A DNA stretch of 64,000 bases from Gammaproteobacteria bacterium (GTDB taxonomy: Bacteria; Pseudomonadota; Gammaproteobacteria; HK1): the NCBI GenBank assembly GCA_012103455.1, contig WLWT01000001.1, positions 2,795,288-2,859,287 of the forward strand. Reading direction: 5' to 3'. Shown here piece after piece: positions 26,728 to 35,572 of this stretch. The notes under the pieces were generated by a model. The model was not told where the DNA came from. It did no database searches and saw nothing but the letters and a program-made list of their open reading frames with translations. The translations under genes were made by a program, and so were the position numbers. How positions within the stretch are numbered: the first letter of the stretch is position 1; the number at the start of each line of letters is the position of its first letter.

Positions 26728-27645
26728 TCAGGTTCTAAAGACGGCCAATCGCCGTTCTAAAAAGCCGAAAATCAAGGCCAGCGCGTAACAGATGCAGAAG
26801 TACACGGCGGCCACGAATAACCAGATTTCGAATACATACTGGGTAGAGTAAGCAACCTCCTGGGCGAGAAATGTCAGTTCCTGAATCGAGATGAGGGAGA
26901 CGATGGATGAGTCTTTTATCAGGGTGATGAATTGGCCGGCCAACGGCGGGATGACACGCTGGATGGCCTGCGGGAGCACTACCCAGCGAAGCACTTGAAT
27001 GCTAGACAGTCCGAGCGACTGGCCCGCCTCGAACTGTCCGCGGTCGATGGACTTAATACCGGCGCGCACGATCTCCGTGATGTAAGCGGCTTCGAATAGA
27101 GCCAGGCAGATGATGCCGGAGATGATGTTCGAGAACAGCTCCTTCGGTCCAAGCAATATTTCCAGGATGGCGAGTGTTCGAGGCGACGCTTTGACGGACA
27201 GTTCGTCGATACCGAAGAGCGGCACGAGCTGAGAGCTGATAAAAAAGTAGAAAACGAAGATAAAGACCACCGGCGGCATATTGCGCACCAGCTCGACGAA
27301 AAGACGGCTGATCATGCGCGGGAACAAGCCGCTAGCGGTGCGCATGATGCCCATTACGACGCCGATGATACTGGCGATCAACATCGACCAGAGCGCCAGA
27401 CGAAACGTCATCGCCAACCCGTTCAGCAACAGGTTGGGCGCATAAGCTTGTTGCTCTTCGTCCCAGCGCAAGATGTATTCAGGTAAAAACGCCCAGTGCC
27501 ACTCGTACACCATGACCGTATCGATCCGGTGCACCAGGTAGGCGATGAGCGCAATGGCCGATATTATGACGGTAACGTCGATGGCACGCGCCAGCGCAGA
27601 GACGGGTTTTTGCTTTCTACGCACCGTCTTTCTACGCGCTGTCAT
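26728..27645 (-). CDS. amino-acid ABC transporter permease (His/Gln/opine family)
   Basis: ...GQSLGLSSIQVLRWVVLPQAIQRVIPPLAGQFITLIKDSSIVSLISIQELT is a typical EAA-loop region. Multiple TM segments. Confidence 0.8.
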   Translation of the reverse strand: MTARRKTVRRKQKPVSALARAIDVTVIISAIALIAYLVHRIDTVMVYEWHWAFLPEYILRWDEEQQAYAPNLLLNGLAMTFRLALWSMLIASIIGVVMGIMRTASGLFPRMISRLFVELVRNMPPVVFIFVFYFFISSQLVPLFGIDELSVKASPRTLAILEILLGPKELFSNIISGIICLALFEAAYITEIVRAGIKSIDRGQFEAGQSLGLSSIQVLRWVVLPQAIQRVIPPLAGQFITLIKDSSIVSLISIQELTFLAQEVAYSTQYVFEIWLFVAAVYFCICYALALIFGFLERRLAVFRT

Positions 27646-27709
27646 CGGGCCGGCCGGCGGAACTGATGAGACCCGCCCCCTAACGCGGATCTCATCGTGT
27701 GCCTCTACA

Positions 27710-28577
27710 CTATTTCTTCAGATTGACTTGATCGGCCCAATCCAGGGTGGTGAACCAATATTTCCACCGCTGCGCCAACCAGCCGTTGCTGGTATTGATC
27801 ATGATCCAATTGGAGAAAATATTGAGACTGTCCGGATCGCCCTTACGAAGAGCAAATGCCTCATTGCCCTCGGTCAGCCTCTCGAGGGTAGGATTGAACA
27901 GGACATCGGCATTTTGCGACTGCCTAAAAGGTCGGCGAGGGAAAGCTCGCCAACACGGCGTGGGCATTGCCATTGACCACTTCCTGCAGTACCAAGGAGT
28001 TGTCGTCGAACTGGCGTAATTTCGCCTTCGGGAACAGTTTCTGCGTATGGGTGCAGGGGGTAGCGCCGCGCCGGCAGGTGAATGTGACTTTCGGGTTGTT
28101 GTAACCGTCCGGCCACTTCAGTTCACCCGCGAGCTTTTTGTTCGCCACGATGCCTATGCCCGAATGGGCATAGGGCGCGGAAAAATTCACTGTGATGTTG
28201 CGCTTCGGCGTGACGCTCATGCCACCGATGACGACATCGAACTTGCCGGCGATGAGGGCAGGAATAATGCCCGACCACGCAGTTGGCACGAATTCAATCT
28301 CCACCTCTAAATCGGCGGCCAATTTCTTGGCCACGTCGATCTCGAAGCCGATGAGTTCGCCTTTTTTATTGCGCATAGCCCAGGGTACGAAAGTGGACAT
28401 GCCGACCTTCAATTTACCGCGCTTCATTACCGCTTCGATGACACTCTCGGAAGTGAGTTGTTTTTGCGCTTCACCCGCAGCGGCGGTGCCGGACGCGATA
28501 ACTAAGCTGAGCGCGAACGCTGAGCTGGAGACTAGGGTTCGTAACAAGCGCATGAGTTTTCTCCTTCGGGTTTCCAA
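27710..28577 (-). pseudogene. amino-acid ABC substrate-binding protein, frameshifted near 27960
   Basis: N-terminal ORF 27924..28577 has a signal peptide and SBP motifs. The C-terminal continuation ADVLFNPTLERLTEGNEAFALRKGDPDSLNIFSNW is in a different frame (27710..27973). Confidence 0.6.
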
Positions 28578-28596
28578 ATTCCGTGTGATGTGAGGA

Positions 28597-29404
28597 TTAC
28601 GCGCGAGCGGTACGCCGCATTCGCTTCTCCAACAGGCCGACCAGCACGGATAGGGTTATCGTGACAGCCAAGTACATGGCGGCTACCACAATCCATATCT
28701 CGAAGGCCATGAATGTCTCCGAGATGATGTCGAGACCTGCCGTCGTCAGGTCGAACACGGCGATGACGCTGACGATGGCCGAATGCTTGATGAGGTTGAC
28801 CAGGATGCCGACCAGCGGTGGCAGCATGATGGGTATGGCCTGCGGCAATATGACGTAGCGGTAGGCTTGTGCGCGGGTGAGGCCAATACTGTCACTGGCC
28901 TCCCATTGCCCCCGCGGTATGGACAGAACTCCACCGCGGATGATCTCCGAGGCAAAAGACCCTTCGAAGAAAGCGATGCAAATAACCGCGACCCAAAATC
29001 TATCGATCTCGAAGATCGGCCCCAACACGAAATAAAAGACCAACAACTGCACCAGCAGCGGTGTGTTGCGAATCACCTCCAAGTAAACGGTGGCCAGCAA
29101 ACGGCCGGAGAATGATCCGGATAAGCGCAAAAATGCGGTGACTAGACCGATCATCAAGCCGAGCACGATGCTGTAAGCACCGATCTCCAAAGTCACCAGA
29201 AGACCGTCGAGCAACGGCCCCCCGGATGAATTCTCCATCAATGACCTGGTACAAATACTGAGGTACGCGGTGCCACTGCCAGGCGTAGTTCATGGCGTTG
29301 GCGCCACGCAGTACAAACCAGAGCAGCACGCCGGTGAAAAGAACGAACTGTGCTATATCTGCGGTGTGCGAACGCCATAGGCGCCTGCAGATGGACCGTG
29401 CCAT
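28597..29404 (-). pseudogene. second amino-acid ABC permease, frameshifted at a C7/G7 homopolymer (29217-29223)
   Basis: N-terminus (TM1 IAQFVLFTGVLLWFVL, MNYAWQWHRVPQYLYQ) is in ORF 29000..29404. The rest, from ...PLLDGLLVTLEIGAYS, is in ORF 28597..29241. Confidence 0.6.
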
Positions 29405-29580
29405 CTACAGTGTTACCCGTTGCGGCGCAACGGCGATAGTTGCGTTGGCCGGGGAAATGGACGCAGTGGCATTATTATCCTGTTCATCATATGCCCGGAT
29501 GGCGGTGATGCCTGAATCGTGCCGTCATTGCGACCAGTACATTGGAATGTGTTTCGAGCAGTCACCAGAGGATCTCTGTG

Positions 29581-30672
29581 CTACCGGTGTAGCAACACCC
29601 CGTCACCCGACGGCCAAGCCAACATTACTTCATCGCCCGCACTGAAGCCACGCGGTTGCGAGCGGTGCCGCTCGAGGTAGACAAAATGCCCGGGCGCCAC
29701 TTCGAACACGTCTGTTTCTAGCGAGCCCAGGAATTCGGTGGTGATGTACTTGCCGGTCAACTGGTTGGACATACCAGCCGTTCCCTCACCCGTGTGCATC
29801 CTGTCCGCCCGTACGCTGAACCACACTTCCGCCCCCTGCGTGACATCGTACTCGAGTTCATCCGGGACTTTGACGAAGAACACTTTGCCGATGGATTCGA
29901 CGAAGACCATGGAGCCGGAGAGGGAGCGTATGACGCCGTGAAATAGGTTGTTTTTGCCGATGAATTGCGCCACGAATTTGGTACGAGGCCGCTCGTAGAT
30001 CTCGCGGGAAGTCCCGGTTTGCTGAATGATCGCATCGCTCATGACGATGACCTTGTCCGCCATGGAGAGCGCTTCTTGTTGCGAATGGGTCACCATGATG
30101 AAAGTGATGCCGAGTTCGCGTTGAATTTTCTTCAACTCGACCATCATGGTTTGACGCAAGTTGTAATCCAGCGCTCCTAGGGGTTCATCCAGTAGTAGAA
30201 CGGTGGGCCTCGAGATCAATGCCCGCGCCAGGGCGACGCGCTGTTGTTGGCCGCCCGATAATGCCGCCGGTCTGCGCTCGGCGAATTCCGCGAGCCCCAC
30301 CAGCTCCAACATTTGCCATACCGGCGGGGCGCGCTGCGCTTTGCTCCGGCCCTGCATCTTCAAGCTGAATTCGACGTTCTCGAACACCGTCCTGTGTGGA
30401 AACAGAGCGAAGCTTTGGAACATCATCGAGGTGTCACGGTGAGAGGGCGGCAGATCGGTGACGTCCTGTCCTGCAATTTCGATGGTCCCTTGAGTGACTT
30501 CCTCGAGCCCGCCGATCATGCGCAGCGTGGTGGTTTTGCCGCAGCCCGATGGCCCCAACATGGCGACGAACTCGCCGTGCTCGATTTCGGCGTTGAAGTC
30601 GATGACGGCCTGGGCGCCGCCAGGGTAGGTTTTGTGAACGCCCGTTAGAACGACGTCGTATTGGGTTGCCAC
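29581..30672 (-). CDS. ABC transporter ATP-binding protein, PotA/ModC-like with C-terminal TOBE-like domain
   Basis: Walker A GPSGCGKTT, signature LSGGQQQRVALARAL, Walker B LLLDEPLGALD. A C-terminal extension of ~120 aa follows. Confidence 0.8.
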   Translation of the reverse strand: MATQYDVVLTGVHKTYPGGAQAVIDFNAEIEHGEFVAMLGPSGCGKTTTLRMIGGLEEVTQGTIEIAGQDVTDLPPSHRDTSMMFQSFALFPHRTVFENVEFSLKMQGRSKAQRAPPVWQMLELVGLAEFAERRPAALSGGQQQRVALARALISRPTVLLLDEPLGALDYNLRQTMMVELKKIQRELGITFIMVTHSQQEALSMADKVIVMSDAIIQQTGTSREIYERPRTKFVAQFIGKNNLFHGVIRSLSGSMVFVESIGKVFFVKVPDELEYDVTQGAEVWFSVRADRMHTGEGTAGMSNQLTGKYITTEFLGSLETDVFEVAPGHFVYLERHRSQPRGFSAGDEVMLAWPSGDGVLLHR

Positions 30673-30721
30673 GGCGTCTGTCTTCTATTCATCGCTAAGG
30701 CCGCTGAGGGCCGATAGTCAC

Positions 30722-33280
30722 TTATCCCAAGCGCCGTATCATGGCTTTCAGCAATGACCACACCTGCTCGAACGGCACATCGTTGAGATCGCCTTGTTCG
30801 TTCACCGTGCGCAGCATGCTTATCGCTTCAGCCAACGACCGGTCATCGCCCGCATGGCTTTCCAAGGTGGCCAATGCCTGCCCGAACGGCGCTTGCCGGG
30901 CTGCATCATTGGTTAAGTGCATATCGACCAACTGCGCGATCTGCTCATAGGCCGCCACTGCTTGCCGTGAGGTCCAAGGCCGCCCGAAGATGCCGCGTAT
31001 GCCATTTTCCTGGAAGCGTTGGCGCAAGCCTTCCGGCATGGATTGGGCGATGCCTTCCAGCACTTCGCCAAGGCCGAAGCCGGAGGTGAACAGTCCGCGG
31101 ATAGTATCCACCGTGCCACCTTCGCCGCCGTACATACGGATCTGCGCATTGTTGAGCGCATTGCCCATGGCTTTGGCCTGATCCACGTGGATATCGCGCT
31201 CTGCTTCGATGTGCAGCCGCGCCAGTTCGAGGAAGGTGGCAACATCGTCGAACTTGGCCAGCGCTTCGGCCTTGGACTCGATGCCCCGGGCTTGCGCCTC
31301 CAGCATGCGTTGCGCATTATCGACCCGCAGCGTCTCTATCTCTTGTTGCGCGCGGCCCTCGGCGCCCGCTTCGCGCTCGACGCCAACGGCGATGATCTGT
31401 TGCGATTCGCTGGTGGCTCGTGCCCGCGTGAGGGTGGCCTCGGCCTCTTCCAGGGCCGCGTCCCGGCGCGCCTCGGCCTGGGTTTGCATATGCATGCGGG
31501 TGATCTGCGCTTTTGCTTCTTCGCCGATGCGGCGTATTCGGGCATCGCCGCCGGCGCGGATTTCATCGACGGAACGGGTGCGATCGGCGTCGGCTAGAAC
31601 ACGCACCGACTCGGCTGAATGTTCCGCCCGCTCGCGCTCGGCGACGATGGTAAACCGCGCGATTTCCGCTTGCTCCAGCTCTTTGGCTTTGCCGGCCAGC
31701 GCAATGTCCCGGTCCCGCTCCTCCATTTCACGGGCCAGCGCCCGTTCGATCTCGGCGGCCTCGCGCCCGCGCTGCTCCTGGGTGAGTGCTATGTCCCGTT
31801 GCACGCGCGCTGTTTCCAGGGCCAGTTCTTTGTCGATTTCCTCGCGCTCCACTTCCCAGCGCCGTTCCAAAATAACGCGCTGCTTCTCGCTCAGCAGGCG
31901 TGCTTGTTCATCGGAAATCGCTTTTTCTTGCTCCGCCTGAGCGACGGTCTCGGCCCGGTCGTGCTCTAAGATCTTGAGCCGTGTTGCAAGAGCGCGGGCG
32001 CGGATTTCGAGATTGGCCGATTCGGTGGCGGCGTGGCGCGCGTTGCGGGCCACCTCGTCGCGTTCCGCCACCGCGGTATTGCTAAGGATTTCCGCCTCGC
32101 GCCGCTCCCGTTCTTTGGTGATCAGCTCTATCTCGCGATCCCGATCCGCCGATTCCCGGGCGAGCTGGCGGCGGATCTCCACCAGCTCCTGCTCGCGGGC
32201 TTTTTCGATGAGCGCGATCTGCCGGTCCCGCTCCGCCTCTTCCAGCGCCAAGTTACGCCGGATATTGGCCAATTCCTCTTCTTTGGCCTTCTCGATAAGG
32301 GCGATTTCCCGGTTGCGGCGTTCTTCTTCGAGCTTGCGGGCTTTGTGGATCTCCTGAATTTCACGGCGCTCCGCCTCCACCAGCACGGCCAAGTCCCGCT
32401 CCGTGCGCAGGCGCTCCAGGGCTTTTTCGTTGTCGATCTCTTTTTGTTCTACATCCAGGCGCCGATCGAGTACATAGACCTGTTTCTCACCCACCTGCAG
32501 GGCTTGCTCGTTGGCCACCTGCTTGTCTTGTTGGGCGCGGGCGAAGGCTTCTTTTTGCTCGATTTCAAGCATTTCCAACTGGGCATCGAGTTCACGCTGG
32601 CGGATGGCAACACTGGTGCGTTTTTCCGTGTTGTGCACCTCGCGCCGGGCGCTGGACGTGACTTCGGTGACGATCTTGAGGCCTTCTGCGTCGAATACGT
32701 TATCTGTGTTGAAGTGCTCCTTGCCGGTCTGCTCCAAGGTGACCACGGTGCACTCTTCCAAGGTGAGGCCGTTGGCCTGGAAGCTTTCGGTCACGTTGCT
32801 CTTGACCACTTGAGCGAAAGCGTCCCGGTCTTCATGCAACTCGTTCAGCGTCTTGGTGGCGGCGTAGCTGCGCAGCGCACTGACCACTTTGGCTTCCAGC
32901 AAATTCGAGACTTCCTGCGGACTGAAGGTTTTCTCGCCTAAGCTGCGGGCGGCGACCAGCAATTCATCCACCGAGCGGCCCACGTGGCAGTAAAGCTCGG
33001 CCACCACATCGATACGGATTTTGTCGGCGGCCAGTACCGCTTGGCCGCCGGAGCGCGAGACGATGATTTTGATGGTCTCCAGGGAAACCCAAGTGACCTC
33101 ATGAAACACCGGTAAGACCATGGCACCGCGCCCCAAGCACACCTTGGTGCCTAGGAATCCAGTGCGCACGAAGCCCATATTGGCGGGGGCGCGCTTATAG
33201 ACCCAGATCGAGAGGATGTAGAACACCGCGATGACGAAGACCACTAAGATGAACGCGGTGATTCCCGATTCAAGCGACAT
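30722..33280 (-). CDS. flotillin/SPFH (band-7) family protein with very long ERE-rich coiled-coil
   Basis: N-terminal TM segment, then an SPFH-like region. Internal repeats (REIALIEKAKEEELANIRRNLALEEAERDRQIALIEKAREQELVEIRRQLARE). The start is chosen at MSLESGITAF (33280), not the upstream in-frame ATG at 33493. Confidence 0.7.
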   Translation of the reverse strand: MSLESGITAFILVVFVIAVFYILSIWVYKRAPANMGFVRTGFLGTKVCLGRGAMVLPVFHEVTWVSLETIKIIVSRSGGQAVLAADKIRIDVVAELYCHVGRSVDELLVAARSLGEKTFSPQEVSNLLEAKVVSALRSYAATKTLNELHEDRDAFAQVVKSNVTESFQANGLTLEECTVVTLEQTGKEHFNTDNVFDAEGLKIVTEVTSSARREVHNTEKRTSVAIRQRELDAQLEMLEIEQKEAFARAQQDKQVANEQALQVGEKQVYVLDRRLDVEQKEIDNEKALERLRTERDLAVLVEAERREIQEIHKARKLEEERRNREIALIEKAKEEELANIRRNLALEEAERDRQIALIEKAREQELVEIRRQLARESADRDREIELITKERERREAEILSNTAVAERDEVARNARHAATESANLEIRARALATRLKILEHDRAETVAQAEQEKAISDEQARLLSEKQRVILERRWEVEREEIDKELALETARVQRDIALTQEQRGREAAEIERALAREMEERDRDIALAGKAKELEQAEIARFTIVAERERAEHSAESVRVLADADRTRSVDEIRAGGDARIRRIGEEAKAQITRMHMQTQAEARRDAALEEAEATLTRARATSESQQIIAVGVEREAGAEGRAQQEIETLRVDNAQRMLEAQARGIESKAEALAKFDDVATFLELARLHIEAERDIHVDQAKAMGNALNNAQIRMYGGEGGTVDTIRGLFTSGFGLGEVLEGIAQSMPEGLRQRFQENGIRGIFGRPWTSRQAVAAYEQIAQLVDMHLTNDAARQAPFGQALATLESHAGDDRSLAEAISMLRTVNEQGDLNDVPFEQVWSLLKAMIRRLG

Positions 33281-33377
33281 GGGTCTACCTACTGCTACGG
33301 ATTTTGGTTTTATTCTCCGCTTCGCGCAGCGCGGCGAAGCGGTGGGTTGACTGTGTAATGCATTTGCGCGCAATAAG

Positions 33378-35516
33378 CTAGGCATGCACGATCGATTCAG
33401 GCAAGGCGCCGAAGTCGAACACCGGCAAGGGCGGGCGGGATTTGCGTATCGATGCGCGCAATTGTTCCGTCGCCCGTGAGTCAACCCGGCCATCGCTGAT
33501 GATCACACCATAGTGCTCGCGGGCCAGCTCGCGGGTGGCGAGGCCCCGGGCCACGTCCAGCCGTACTCGCTCGGGATCGCGCTCTAGCGCATCGCCCCAG
33601 CCGCCGCCGCCGGCCGTGCGAAAGACGATACGGTCGCCCGGCTCCACCGCCACGTTATCGACCTTGGAGGGCAGGGCGGCGCTCTCGCCATTGGCTCTTA
33701 CCAGATGCTTTTCCGAGCAGCCCCCGGGTTTGCCGCCCAGTATGCCCCAGGGCTGGGTCAGGTGACGGTCGTCGTGAATCGAGATCGCGCCTTTCTCGAG
33801 CACCCGGTAGACTTTCTCCACACCGTTACCGCCGCGGTGTTTACCCGCTCCGCCGGTATCGGTGAGGGTGGTGTAGCGCTCCACCACCAGCGGGAAATAG
33901 CTCTCCAGGTATTCGGTGGGAATGTTCTCGAACAGTGGCCACCACGAATGCCCGTCCATGCCATCGCCGAGCGGGCGGCCCGGAATGCCGCCGTACAAAA
34001 TCTCCATGAGCTGGAAAGGCGTACCGTTCGAGTCGGTGCCGGAATAGAGGAAGTGGGGGCTTGAGCCGTAGCCGGCGGCGGTAGCCATCTGCGGGGCTTT
34101 TTTGCTGAGCGCACCGCCCAGCACGTCGAATTGACGGGCGAGCGCGTGGGTTCTGCAACCGAGCGCCGCCGGGAACTTTGGATTGACCAGGGAGCCCTTG
34201 GGCATGCTCACGTGGATGAGATCGTAGAAGCCGTCGTTAAATAAGATCTGCGGATCGAAGACCATGATCAGGTAGACGCCGATGAACATCTTGAACATGC
34301 CTTCGTGTAGATAAAAGTTGATCGGGCCGGGTGCTTGGGGCGAGGTGCCGGTCCAATCGAAATAAGCGTGATCGCCTTCACGCCACACCGTGAGGACCAT
34401 TTTGAACGGGCCGTTGCCAAGGCCGTCATCGTCTACATAGTCCTCGAAGGATTGTGGCTCTTCGGGCAAGTTCTGCACGATGAGTTGGCGCATGGCCCGG
34501 TTGGTGCGGGCCAGCAGCGCTTCGCACGCCAACAGATAACGCGCACGGCCAAAGCGCTCGCAGATCTCGATGACCCGTTTCTCGCCGGCCCGGCTGCCGG
34601 CGATGATGGCCATCAGATCGCTATAGTTCATCTGCGGCGTGCGGGTGTTGTTCATGATGATGTCCAGCGCCGCTTGGTTGAGCACGCCGCGCTGGTAGAT
34701 CTTGATGGGCGGAATGCGGATCCCTTCGCCGAAGATGGAGGTGGCCGCCGTGGGCATGCTGCACGGCACCGGCCCGCCCACGTCCATCATGTGGCCGAAC
34801 ATGGAGCTAAAACCTACCAACTGATCGCTGTGGAAGATAGGCACTAGCACCATCCAGTCGTTGATGTGACTGACGGCGCCGCCGCAGCGGTAGGGATCGC
34901 TTTGCAAAATCACGTCGCCTGGGTACAAGGTCAAGGCTTCGTTTGCCAGCATTTCCGCCACATAGGAGCCGAACTGGCCGACGATCATGCGGCCCTTGGC
35001 ATCGGTGATCATGGGGAATTCGTCGTGTTGCTCGCGGATCACCGGCGACATGGCGGAACGGAATAACACGGCGTCCATTTCGTGGCGCGCGTTGCGCAGC
35101 GCGTTCTCGATGAGGTCCAGGGTAATGGGATCGAGTCCGGCAGTGCTGGCAGGGGCGGGCGCGGGATCTGTGCGCGTGGTTGGCGGCGTTGCCGCGGGCG
35201 CTGATACGGCGGCTGGCAGGGGCGCCCCCGGGTAGACACCCGCGCGCGAAACCGGCTGGGTCCCACCGTTGTTACCCCTTTGCTCACCGGTACCATGCTC
35301 ATCGCTACCGGGCTCACCGGTACCGCCATCACTCGAATAGGCTAGGCTTGCCGATTGCAATTGCGCTGCCGCTGGTGGTATCGAAGAGGCCGACACCAGG
35401 CCGAACTGCTTGGTCTGCTCTTCGAACAGCGCGTCGAATTGGCGCTTGTTGGTCTGTACCAGCTCATCAAGAGACAATGCCCGTTCAGGCGATGCTGTCC
35501 GCTCTAGTGTCGGCAT
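33378..35516 (-). CDS. hyuB: hydantoinase B / 5-oxoprolinase (HyuB) family protein, with a ~135-codon low-complexity N-terminal extension of doubtful translation
   Basis: HyuB core from DPITLDLIENALRNA through GGAGKHRGGNGVEKVY...GGGGWGDALERD. Confidence 0.8.
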   Translation of the reverse strand: MPTLERTASPERALSLDELVQTNKRQFDALFEEQTKQFGLVSASSIPPAAAQLQSASLAYSSDGGTGEPGSDEHGTGEQRGNNGGTQPVSRAGVYPGAPLPAAVSAPAATPPTTRTDPAPAPASTAGLDPITLDLIENALRNARHEMDAVLFRSAMSPVIREQHDEFPMITDAKGRMIVGQFGSYVAEMLANEALTLYPGDVILQSDPYRCGGAVSHINDWMVLVPIFHSDQLVGFSSMFGHMMDVGGPVPCSMPTAATSIFGEGIRIPPIKIYQRGVLNQAALDIIMNNTRTPQMNYSDLMAIIAGSRAGEKRVIEICERFGRARYLLACEALLARTNRAMRQLIVQNLPEEPQSFEDYVDDDGLGNGPFKMVLTVWREGDHAYFDWTGTSPQAPGPINFYLHEGMFKMFIGVYLIMVFDPQILFNDGFYDLIHVSMPKGSLVNPKFPAALGCRTHALARQFDVLGGALSKKAPQMATAAGYGSSPHFLYSGTDSNGTPFQLMEILYGGIPGRPLGDGMDGHSWWPLFENIPTEYLESYFPLVVERYTTLTDTGGAGKHRGGNGVEKVYRVLEKGAISIHDDRHLTQPWGILGGKPGGCSEKHLVRANGESAALPSKVDNVAVEPGDRIVFRTAGGGGWGDALERDPERVRLDVARGLATRELAREHYGVIISDGRVDSRATEQLRASIRKSRPPLPVFDFGALPESIVHA

Positions 35517-35572
35517 GTTCGCTTACCTTTGCCATGTTCGCTTACTTTTGCAATGGGTCCGTTCTCGAATCA

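Noticed and set aside
31019-32941. Plus-strand ORFs antisense to the flotillin gene (31019..31597, 31209..31940, 32033..32941)
   Set aside because: Antisense to a gene with clear SPFH/coiled-coil features. Low-complexity S/R/A-rich translations.
33281-33493. Upstream in-frame ATG that would add 71 residues to the flotillin-like protein
   Set aside because: The extension is highly basic and Cys-rich, overlaps the hyuB 3' end, and the conserved TM anchor begins right after the internal ATG at 33280.
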